In this document: in pieces, positions 8,662 to 18,071 of the stretch | Layout of the letters: every line of letters starts with the position of its first letter | Position numbering within the stretch: the first letter of the stretch is position 1 | Assembly: GCA_039714075.1 (NCBI GenBank) | Contig: JBDLKA010000004.1 | Span: 3,087 to 67,086 of the forward strand | DNA from: Candidatus Krumholzibacteriota bacterium | GTDB taxonomy: Bacteria; Krumholzibacteriota; Krumholzibacteriia; LZORAL124-64-63 | Length of the DNA stretch: 64,000 bases | Direction: 5' to 3' | Notes under the pieces: generated by a model | The model's database searches: none | What the model was told of the DNA's origin: nothing | Seen by the model: the letters and a program-made list of their open reading frames with translations, nothing else | Made by a program: the position numbers and the translations under genes

Positions 8662-9945
8662 ATGACCACGAACAGCAAATCCATCGTCATCCTGGACGGC
8701 GCGCGCCGGACGCCGAGGGCCGACATCCTGATCAACAACCGCGAACCCGGTCTGTTCTCGCGCTTTGCGACCACCGCCCTGGGCGGCATGGCCATCAGGG
8801 CCACCCTGAAAAATACGCCGCTGGACAAGGGATTGATCGGCCACGTCATCATGGGGATGGCCTCGCACAGCCATCGCGACAGCATCTACGCGGCCCAGGG
8901 CATGGCCTGGCGCGGCGGCCTGGCCGACGACGTGCCCGCCCTGACGGTGGCCCGCATCTGCGGCAGCGGCGCCGAAGCGGTGGCCGTGGGCATGGAGCAT
9001 ATCCTGGCCGGTATCCGGCACGACCGTGACCGGCCGTTCCTGGTTGTCGGCGGCGGCGAGAGCATGCAGTACCCCTTCAGCGTTTACGGCATGCGCGGCC
9101 AGAAAGTGGGTACGGCGATCCAGAAGTACGGACCGCTGGACCCGCGTGGTCTGCCCCGGGGGTCCATGCTTCAGGATTCCCTGTTGCTGGGCCTTTATGA
9201 TCCGGGCGCCAGCCTGGCCATGGCCAATACCGCCGAAGAACTGGGGCGGCGTTACGAAATCACCCGCGAAGAGGCCGACGCCTTCGGCCATCGCTCGCAC
9301 ATGAATGCCAAGGCTGCCCGTGACGAAGGATTGTTCGCCGAGGAGATCGAGCCGGTCACCCTGCCCGGCAGCGGCGGCGAGGCCGACGTCGTGGTCGAAC
9401 ACGACACCCATATCATGGACAACATCAGCCTGGCCAAGATGAGCCGCTTGTACCCGGCCTTCGAGGCGGGCGGCATCATCACCGCAGGCAACGCCAGCGC
9501 CGTGGTCGACGGCGCGGCGGCCATGGTGCTGGGCCTCGAGGACGATGCCAAGGCACACGGCCTGAAACCTTTGGCCCGGGTGGTCGCTGTCGGCACGGCG
9601 GCCTGCGATCCGCGGATCATGGGCTGGGGTCCGGTTCCAGCGACGCGCATCGCCCTGGAAAAGGCCGGCCTGGCCGGAAGCGACATCGACCACGTCGAAT
9701 TGAACGAAGCCTTCGCGCCCCAGGCCCTGGCCTGCATACGGGACTTTGCCGACATGGGCATCGATCCGGAGAAGGTCAACCCGCAGGGCAACGCCATCGC
9801 GCTGGGCCATCCCCTGGGCGCGACCGGAGCCATCCTGACCCTGACCTGCGCCTACGCCCTGCGGCGCAAGGGCCAACGCTACGGTCTGGTCACGATGTGC
9901 ATCGGCGGGGGGCAGGGAAATTCGCTGGTCATCGAGTCCTTGTAG
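8662..9945 (+). CDS. Acetyl-CoA C-acyltransferase (thiolase)
   Basis: Thiolase signatures: VARICGSGAEAV (active Cys), NEAFAPQALAC, GHPLGATG, and CIGGGQG near the C-terminus. Lies 13 nt downstream of the dehydrogenase/hydratase gene. Confidence 0.92.
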   Translation: MTTNSKSIVILDGARRTPRADILINNREPGLFSRFATTALGGMAIRATLKNTPLDKGLIGHVIMGMASHSHRDSIYAAQGMAWRGGLADDVPALTVARICGSGAEAVAVGMEHILAGIRHDRDRPFLVVGGGESMQYPFSVYGMRGQKVGTAIQKYGPLDPRGLPRGSMLQDSLLLGLYDPGASLAMANTAEELGRRYEITREEADAFGHRSHMNAKAARDEGLFAEEIEPVTLPGSGGEADVVVEHDTHIMDNISLAKMSRLYPAFEAGGIITAGNASAVVDGAAAMVLGLEDDAKAHGLKPLARVVAVGTAACDPRIMGWGPVPATRIALEKAGLAGSDIDHVELNEAFAPQALACIRDFADMGIDPEKVNPQGNAIALGHPLGATGAILTLTCAYALRRKGQRYGLVTMCIGGGQGNSLVIESL

Positions 9946-9978
9946 TCAGTAAACATCAACCTGTGAAAGTCGGTCGCC

Positions 9979-10395
9979 ATGTCCTTGTCCTACCATTGCC
10001 CCAATTGCGACAGCCTGCTGAATCCCAACGTGCGCGTGGTGCTCATCGCCCGCTACGGTGAAAAACAGGGCATCGTCCTTATGAGTTCGAAGCCCGGGGA
10101 CTACCAGGTCATCTGCGACAAGGGCTTGTGTCACGACGTGGCCAAAGGGGATGTCGTCGATTTCAGCTGCCCGGTCTGCCACGGGTCGCTGACCTCGGAG
10201 TCCCATGACCACTTTGCCGAACTCAAGGTCGTGAACTCGCAAAAGGAAGGGCACGAACCCTGCCTGCTGCGCTTCAGCCGGGTCAGCGAAGAGCATGCGA
10301 CGTTCCTGTACGACGGGGACTCGGTGAAGGAGTTCGGGGAAGAGGCGGGACTTTTCAGTAAAGAGATGACGATCGAAGGGGACTGGGGCTGGTAG
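9979..10395 (+). CDS. Small Cys-rich hypothetical protein (two CxxC pairs, Zn-ribbon-like), 138 aa
   Basis: CPNC at residues 7-10 and CPVCH at 64-68. Same strand as, and 33 nt downstream of, the thiolase gene. No recognisable family. Confidence 0.5.
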   Translation: MSLSYHCPNCDSLLNPNVRVVLIARYGEKQGIVLMSSKPGDYQVICDKGLCHDVAKGDVVDFSCPVCHGSLTSESHDHFAELKVVNSQKEGHEPCLLRFSRVSEEHATFLYDGDSVKEFGEEAGLFSKEMTIEGDWGW

Positions 10396-12732
<2,337 letters not shown>

Positions 12733-12836
12733 GGTTTGCCTCTCTGGTGTTGCCCGACACCGTCCCACGATAGTCCGGGAGAGAAACAAAAACAACCGTC
12801 AGCTGCGGCCCTTTGTCCGGCTTTGTCCACATTCTC

Positions 12837-12865
12837 ATTGACATTCGGCTCCCGTTTTTCTAGAA
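12837..12865 (+). promoter_or_regulatory. Sigma70-like promoter TTGACA-N17-TAGAAT, plus operator-like palindromes, upstream of the Bcr-like operon
   Basis: A -35 TTGACA and a -10 TAGAAT separated by a 17-nt spacer. A 10-bp palindrome CGAACGTTCG lies just downstream (~12872..12881). An 8-bp inverted repeat TAGTTGAA-gtt-TTCAACTA (~12906..12924) abuts the start codon. A direct repeat CTTTGTCC-gg-CTTTGTCC (~12811..12828) lies upstream of the -35. Coordinates are +/- 2 nt. Confidence 0.4.
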
Positions 12866-12925
12866 TGTATTTCGAACGTTCGTTCTAAATACACAACTTG
12901 TTGTAATAGTTGAAGTTTTCAACTA

Positions 12926-14119
12926 ATGACAAAGGATTCTCCCGTGACCCCTTCCCCCCGCACCCAGATCGTCGACTGGGCCACCGAAATCTACGAAGAC
13001 CTGGATTTCACCGCGTCCCGGCAGTGGCTGGACGACCACCCGGGCAGCAAGGCCGCCGGGTTCCTGCCCGTCTACGCCCCCAAGGAGATCATCCATGCCG
13101 CGGGCATGCTGCCGGTGGGCATCCACGGCAACGGGGCCATCGAGATCATCCGCGGCGACGCCTACTACCAGAGCTATATCTGCCATCTGCCCCGGTCGGT
13201 GGTCGAATTCGCGGAATCCGGCCGCCTGGATTTCCTGTCGGCGGCCTTGTTTCCCTCGACCTGCGACGTGATCCGCAACCTGTCCGGCATGTGGCAGGTC
13301 ATGTTCCCGGAGATGTACGTGCGCTACCTCGACCTGCCCCAGGTGGCGGATCCGGAACTCGGCGCCAGGTTCTGGCAGCGGGAACTGAACGTGATCCGGG
13401 AGGAACTGGGCCGCGTGGCCGATGTGAACATCACCGATGACCGGCTGCGGGCGTCGGTCGCGGTGTACAACGAGGTGCGCGAGGTCATCGGCCAGTTATA
13501 TGGCCTGCGCAACAAGCAACCCTGGAAGGTGCCCACCGAAGAATTATACCTGCTGCTGCGGGCAGGGGAAGTCGTGGCGCCGGAAGTCTTCATGGAGAAG
13601 GCCCGCGCCTACCTGCAGGCCGCCGAAAACAGCGACGATCCCCTCAAGGACCGCACCCGGGTGATCATCGTGGGCTCGTTCTGCGAACAGCCGCCCCTCG
13701 GGCTGATCAAGACCATCGAACGCGCCGGCTGCTACATCGTCGACGACGATTTCCTGGCCGGTAACCGCTTCCTTACCAACGCCGTGCCCGTCGCAGGTGA
13801 TCCCGCGGAAAACCTGGCCACTACGTTCACCAGCAGCGCCGTCAAGACCTCGGTCCTGTACGAACCGGATCCCGACGGCAAGAAGAACCTGATGCAGCAG
13901 CGCGCCAAGGCCGCCGGCGCCGACGGCATCATTTTCTGCGCCGCCAGTTTCTGCGATCCCGCCCTGCTGGACAGGCCCATGCTGCGCGACGGGGCCGAAC
14001 AGGCCGGCATCCCCTGCATCGCCTTCAAGTTCGCCGAGAACTCGGGGCAGTTCCAGCAGTTCCGCGAGCAGGCGGGCACCTTCAGCGATTCGATCAAACT
14101 GTGGGGAGAGGCGTCATGA
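12926..14119 (+). CDS. Benzoyl-CoA reductase / 2-hydroxyacyl-CoA dehydratase family subunit, BcrC/BadD/HgdB-like (397 aa)
   Basis: First gene of a 4-gene cluster with sizes 397/437/426/290 aa, matching BcrC/B/A/D. C-terminal Cys-containing motifs. The stop overlaps the next start (ATGA). An alternative GTG start lies 18 nt downstream, after AAGGA. Confidence 0.8.
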   Translation: MTKDSPVTPSPRTQIVDWATEIYEDLDFTASRQWLDDHPGSKAAGFLPVYAPKEIIHAAGMLPVGIHGNGAIEIIRGDAYYQSYICHLPRSVVEFAESGRLDFLSAALFPSTCDVIRNLSGMWQVMFPEMYVRYLDLPQVADPELGARFWQRELNVIREELGRVADVNITDDRLRASVAVYNEVREVIGQLYGLRNKQPWKVPTEELYLLLRAGEVVAPEVFMEKARAYLQAAENSDDPLKDRTRVIIVGSFCEQPPLGLIKTIERAGCYIVDDDFLAGNRFLTNAVPVAGDPAENLATTFTSSAVKTSVLYEPDPDGKKNLMQQRAKAAGADGIIFCAASFCDPALLDRPMLRDGAEQAGIPCIAFKFAENSGQFQQFREQAGTFSDSIKLWGEAS

Positions 14120-15426
14120 GCGACCAGAAAACAGACATCCGCCAGGCCCAGAAGGACGATTCGATGATCATCCAGAAAGAGATGATCGCCGAGCACTACA
14201 AGCGGCTCGAGCGGGCGCCCGAAACCAAGGAACCGGTGGTCTACACCTTCGTGCCCGGCAACCTGACCGAGCTCATCCGCTCGTTCGGCTGCCTGCCCGT
14301 GCTGCCGGAGATCAACGCCCTGCAGTCGGGCATGCGGGGAAAAAGCCGCGAATATATCGCCGAAGCCGAAAAGCGCGGGCACTCCGAGGACGTCTGCACC
14401 TACGTCAAGTGCGACATCGGCATGGCCATGGCGGGCAACATCGGCCCCACCGGCACCAAGCTGCCCAAGCCCGACCTGCTGCTGCTCTCGTACACCGGCT
14501 GCTACACCTTCATGAAATGGTTCGAACTGCTGCGCGAGGAATACGATTGCCCCTGTGTTTTCCTGCACGTGCCCTACCAGGGCGAAGGCAACATCGAACC
14601 CGAGCACCGGGACTACATGATCAAGCAGATCAAGGAAGAGGTCATTCCCGCGCTGGAGAAAATATCCGGCCGCAAGTACGACGAGGATGCCCTGAAGGAG
14701 CGACTGCGGTTGAGCGTGCAGGCCGAGGACGATCTGGTCTGGGTGCTGCAGTCCGCCATGAAAAAACCCTCGCCCATCGACGCCTACTTCGGCGCCGTGT
14801 ATTACGTGGGTCCGATCTTCAGCGCCTTCCGCGGCACCGAAGAAGGCGTCAATTATTACCAGGCGCTGCGCCGCGAAGTGCAGGGACGCCTGGATGCCGG
14901 GCTGGGTCCGGTCGCTCCCAAGGGTCCCATGGCCGAGGAGAAATACCGCCTGGTGGTCGAAGGCCCGCCCAACTGGACGCACTTCCGCGAGTTCTGGCAG
15001 ATGTTCGCCGACGAGGGCGCGGTGGTGGTGGCCTCGACCTACAGCAAGGTCGGCGGCACCTACGATTTCGGTTTCCGGCACAACCCGGATGACCCCCTGG
15101 GCACCATGGGCGACTACTGCGCCGGCTGCTACACCAACCACAACCTGCCCGGCCGCATCGACATGCTGTGCCAGTACCTGAAGGATTACGAGGCTGACGG
15201 GTTTTTGATCAACTCCGTCAAGTCGTGCAACTCGTTCAGCGCCGGCCAGTTGATGATCCTGCGCGAGGTCGAGAAACGCACCGGCCTGCCGGGCGGTTTC
15301 ATCGAATCGGACCTTGTTGATCCGCGCTACTTCTCGGCCGCCAACATCAAGAATCGCCTGGAGAGTTACCTGCAGATGGTCGAAGCCCGCCGCGCCGGCG
15401 CTTCGCAGAAAGGCCTGTCCGCATGA
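14116..15426 (+). CDS. Benzoyl-CoA reductase / 2-hydroxyacyl-CoA dehydratase family subunit, BcrB/BadE/HgdA-like (437 aa)
   Basis: The ORF runs 14101..15426. An ATG at 14116 overlaps the upstream stop. Paralogous to 2328..3572. Conserved Cys-rich stretches ([33 protein letters not shown]). 4-nt overlap with the next gene. Confidence 0.8.
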   Translation: MSDQKTDIRQAQKDDSMIIQKEMIAEHYKRLERAPETKEPVVYTFVPGNLTELIRSFGCLPVLPEINALQSGMRGKSREYIAEAEKRGHSEDVCTYVKCDIGMAMAGNIGPTGTKLPKPDLLLLSYTGCYTFMKWFELLREEYDCPCVFLHVPYQGEGNIEPEHRDYMIKQIKEEVIPALEKISGRKYDEDALKERLRLSVQAEDDLVWVLQSAMKKPSPIDAYFGAVYYVGPIFSAFRGTEEGVNYYQALRREVQGRLDAGLGPVAPKGPMAEEKYRLVVEGPPNWTHFREFWQMFADEGAVVVASTYSKVGGTYDFGFRHNPDDPLGTMGDYCAGCYTNHNLPGRIDMLCQYLKDYEADGFLINSVKSCNSFSAGQLMILREVEKRTGLPGGFIESDLVDPRYFSAANIKNRLESYLQMVEARRAGASQKGLSA

Positions 15427-16703
15427 GCATCGCCTGTGTTGTCGGGACGGACCTCGGTTCGACCACCACCAAGTCGGTCATCCTCGATGGTGACGGAAAC
15501 ATTCTCGGGCGCGGCATCACCAACAGCCGCTCCGATTACGATCGCGCGGCCAAGGTCTCGCGCAGCGAAGCCTTCATCACCGCGCGCTTCAACCTGCTCC
15601 AGCGCGAGGTTGAACAGGCCGCCGGACCCGAGGTGCTTCAGCGTCTACTGGACGCCTTCCGGCTCGAGCAGACCCTCGCCCAGCTCGACCGGTTGCACCA
15701 ACTTGTGTCCGGCGCCCTGGCCTTCGGCGTGCCCGGTGACCTGAGCGTCGCGGCCACCGAAGCCGTGAAAACCATCGTCACCCGTATCCAGCAAAGCGAA
15801 CTGAAACGTTTCGAGGATCCTAATCCGCCCAAGCGCTCGGACTTCTTCCGCGACACCGTGGGTTCGGCCTGGAGCACCATCAGCGAAGAGATCGGCGATC
15901 CGGCGGGCGTTAGCTTCGACATGCTGCTCGGCCTGTACGACAAGTGCATCATCCAGGTCGAGAACGAACCGCTGGCCCTGGGCTTCGGCGATCATATCGA
16001 AAACGCCCTGGAGCGCATCGGCGGTTCCGAAGCCGTCAAGACCGGGGTGCGCCACGCCGTCGAGGCCGAATTCGACGTGCGCGGGGAAGTGGGCACCGGT
16101 TACGGCCGGCAGCGCCTGCCCTTCCCCAAGGAGATGATCCGTTCGGAAATCCTCTGCCACGGCCTGGGCGCTTCGATCATGTTCGGCGGCACCCGCACCG
16201 TGCTGGACATCGGCGGCCAGGACACCAAGGCCATTCAGGTCGACGAGAACGGCATCGTGACCAGCTTCCAGATGAACGACCGGTGCGCCGCCGGTTGCGG
16301 ACGGTACCTGGGCTACATCGCCGACGAGATGAACCTCGGGCTGCACGAACTGGGACCTTTGGCCCAGGAAAGCACCCGCACGGTGAAGATCAACTCCACC
16401 TGCACCGTTTTCGCCGGGGCCGAACTGCGCGAGCGCCTGTCCCTGGGCGAAAAACGCGAGGACATCCTGGCCGGCCTGCACCGCGCGATCATGCTGCGGG
16501 CCATGAGCCTGCTGGCCCGCTCGGGCGGCGTCGAGGACGAGTTCACCTTCACCGGCGGCGTGGCCAACAATCCGGCCGCGGTGTCGGCTCTGCGCGAACT
16601 GGTGACCGAAAACTACGGGGACAAGGTTCTGAACATTTCCCCGGACAGCATCTACACCGGCGCCCTGGGCGGCGCCATTTTCGCCCACAGGAGCGCGAAC
16701 TGA
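15423..16703 (+). CDS. BcrA/BadF-like ATPase subunit (long BadF/BadG/BcrA/BcrD-family ATPase with an insertion, 426 aa)
   Basis: N-terminal [17 protein letters not shown] and a second half carrying CAAGCGRYL and TGGVANN. Its length, insertion and position match the alpha subunit of class-I benzoyl-CoA reductases. Confidence 0.85.
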   Translation: MSIACVVGTDLGSTTTKSVILDGDGNILGRGITNSRSDYDRAAKVSRSEAFITARFNLLQREVEQAAGPEVLQRLLDAFRLEQTLAQLDRLHQLVSGALAFGVPGDLSVAATEAVKTIVTRIQQSELKRFEDPNPPKRSDFFRDTVGSAWSTISEEIGDPAGVSFDMLLGLYDKCIIQVENEPLALGFGDHIENALERIGGSEAVKTGVRHAVEAEFDVRGEVGTGYGRQRLPFPKEMIRSEILCHGLGASIMFGGTRTVLDIGGQDTKAIQVDENGIVTSFQMNDRCAAGCGRYLGYIADEMNLGLHELGPLAQESTRTVKINSTCTVFAGAELRERLSLGEKREDILAGLHRAIMLRAMSLLARSGGVEDEFTFTGGVANNPAAVSALRELVTENYGDKVLNISPDSIYTGALGGAIFAHRSAN

Positions 16704-17575
16704 TGAGTACCGAAAACACTACCAAAACAGCAACGGTCACCGCCGGCCTGGACGTCGGCTCGGGTGCGGTCAAGGCCGTGGTCATGGGGTTCGAAGACGG
16801 CCGCGAAGAACTGCTGTCCAAGGTCAGCACCCGGATCCGCCGCCGGGACATCAATGATGTCGTTGACGAGGTCTTCGGCCAGGCGGTCGCCGAAGCCGGC
16901 GTCGATGGTCTGAACTACGTGGCCACCACCGGTGAAGGCGAGGACATTCCCTTCGCCACGGGCCACTTCTACGGCATGACCACCCATGCGCGCGGCGCGC
17001 TTTTTCTCGATCCGCGCGCCAACGCCGTGCTGGACGCCGGCGCCCTGCACGCCCGGGCCATGGCCATGGACAACCGGGGCAAGGTCCTGAACTACAAGAT
17101 GACCAGTCAGTGCGCGTCCGGCTCCGGACAGTTCCTGGAGAACATCGCCCGCTATCTGGGGGTCTCCCAGGCCGAGATCGGCGACCTTTCCCTGGCCGCG
17201 GACAACCCGGAAAAGTGCAGCGGCATCTGCGCCGTGCTGGCCGAGACCGACGTGATCAACATGGTCTCGCGCGGCATCAGCACCGAGAATATCCTGCGCG
17301 GAATTCATGAAAGCATGTCCGGGCGCTTCGTGCGCCTGCTGCGCTCGCTGGACTACGGCGAAGTGATTTTCGTCAGTGGCGGCCTGGCCGGTGATGTGGG
17401 TCTGGTCAAGTCGTTGGCTGACGAATTCGCCGGGCTGAAAAGCCTGAAGGGGCCCGTGCCCGAGATCGCCACCCACCCGGACAGTATTTTCGCCGGGGCG
17501 ATCGGGGCGGCCATCTGGGGGAATTTCCGGCATGGCAAGCTGGGGCTGGAAGGGTTTGCCTGGCAGGCGGCCTGA
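16703..17575 (+). CDS. BcrD/BadG-like ATPase subunit (short BadF/BadG/BcrA/BcrD-family ATPase, 290 aa)
   Basis: The ATG at 16703 overlaps the upstream stop (TGATGA). The track lists it only within the over-extended ORF 15944..17575. GLDVGSGAVKAVV and CASGSGQFLE motifs. Confidence 0.8.
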   Translation: MSTENTTKTATVTAGLDVGSGAVKAVVMGFEDGREELLSKVSTRIRRRDINDVVDEVFGQAVAEAGVDGLNYVATTGEGEDIPFATGHFYGMTTHARGALFLDPRANAVLDAGALHARAMAMDNRGKVLNYKMTSQCASGSGQFLENIARYLGVSQAEIGDLSLAADNPEKCSGICAVLAETDVINMVSRGISTENILRGIHESMSGRFVRLLRSLDYGEVIFVSGGLAGDVGLVKSLADEFAGLKSLKGPVPEIATHPDSIFAGAIGAAIWGNFRHGKLGLEGFAWQAA

Positions 17576-17686
17576 GTCTCTCGAGCCACTCCCACCCGAT
17601 ATCTTGAATTATCCCTCCCGCCGCTGTTCAGGAAGGATAGGCCCCGGATTTCTGCGGGGCCGTCACCCGAAAAAGGGAGGGATTCC

Positions 17687-17977
17687 ATGAAAAATAGAAT
17701 CCTCAGTCCATGGTTGTTGGCCGTGATGATCGCCACGCTTGCCGCGGGAACCGCTCTCGCTGACATCCCGGATGGCGATGAGCACCCCTGGGACAGCGAG
17801 TCCACAGACCCTGTTCTCGAGGGGGACGAGCATCCCTGGGACAGCGAGTCCACCGATCCAGGTATCGAGGGAGACGAGGGTCCCTGGGACGCCGATTCTG
17901 CCGGAACGCTGGATGCGGCCTCGGCGGAAGCGCTGTTGTTTGCGGAGCAGTTAGCCGAGTTGGCACAGTTGCCGTAG
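17687..17977 (+). CDS. Small secreted acidic tandem-repeat protein (96 aa; signal peptide plus GDEHPWDSESTDP repeats)
   Basis: Strong RBS AGGGAGGGA. Signal peptide MKNRILSPWLLAVMIATLAAGTALA. Two near-identical 13-aa repeats plus a degenerate third (39-nt DNA tandem repeat). Followed by an intrinsic terminator. Confidence 0.6.
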   Translation: MKNRILSPWLLAVMIATLAAGTALADIPDGDEHPWDSESTDPVLEGDEHPWDSESTDPGIEGDEGPWDADSAGTLDAASAEALLFAEQLAELAQLP

Positions 17978-18004
17978 GTACCGGTCAGGCAACCATGACG
18001 AGTG

Positions 18005-18036
18005 GAGCCCCGAGTGCAAACCCGGGGCTCTTTTTT
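18005..18036 (+). terminator. Rho-independent terminator (8-bp GC stem GAGCCCCG/CGGGGCTC followed by T6)
   Basis: Hairpin gagccccg-agtgcaaacc-cggggctc followed by tttttt, located 28 nt after the stop of the small secreted protein gene. Confidence 0.55.
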
Positions 18037-18071
18037 CCGGCCGGACGCAAACGAAAACTTCACGGCCGGGT

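Noticed and set aside
6513-9876. Minus-strand ORFs 6513..7502, 7572..8885 and 8635..9876 (329-437 aa)
   Set aside because: Antisense to the dehydrogenase/hydratase and thiolase genes, which carry unambiguous catalytic motifs. The compositions are GC-frame artefacts (G/A/R/V/H rich).
13732-17533. Minus-strand ORFs 13732..15141, 15645..16688 and 16652..17533
   Set aside because: Antisense to the four bcr-like genes. No recognisable motifs. The sense-strand genes show tight translational coupling and conserved domains.
15944-17575. 543-aa ORF call spanning the bcrA-like/bcrD-like boundary
   Set aside because: Over-extension in the bcrD-like frame. The upstream 253 codons overlap the bcrA-like gene in another frame and translate to Arg/Pro/Gly-rich low-complexity sequence. 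The real start is the ATG at 16703 overlapping the upstream stop.
17779-17860. Short tandem DNA repeats (39-nt unit) considered as a possible CRISPR or minisatellite
   Set aside because: Only about 2.5 copies, imperfect, in frame within a secreted protein gene and encoding the GDEHPWDSESTDP peptide repeat. No spacer or repeat architecture and no cas genes.
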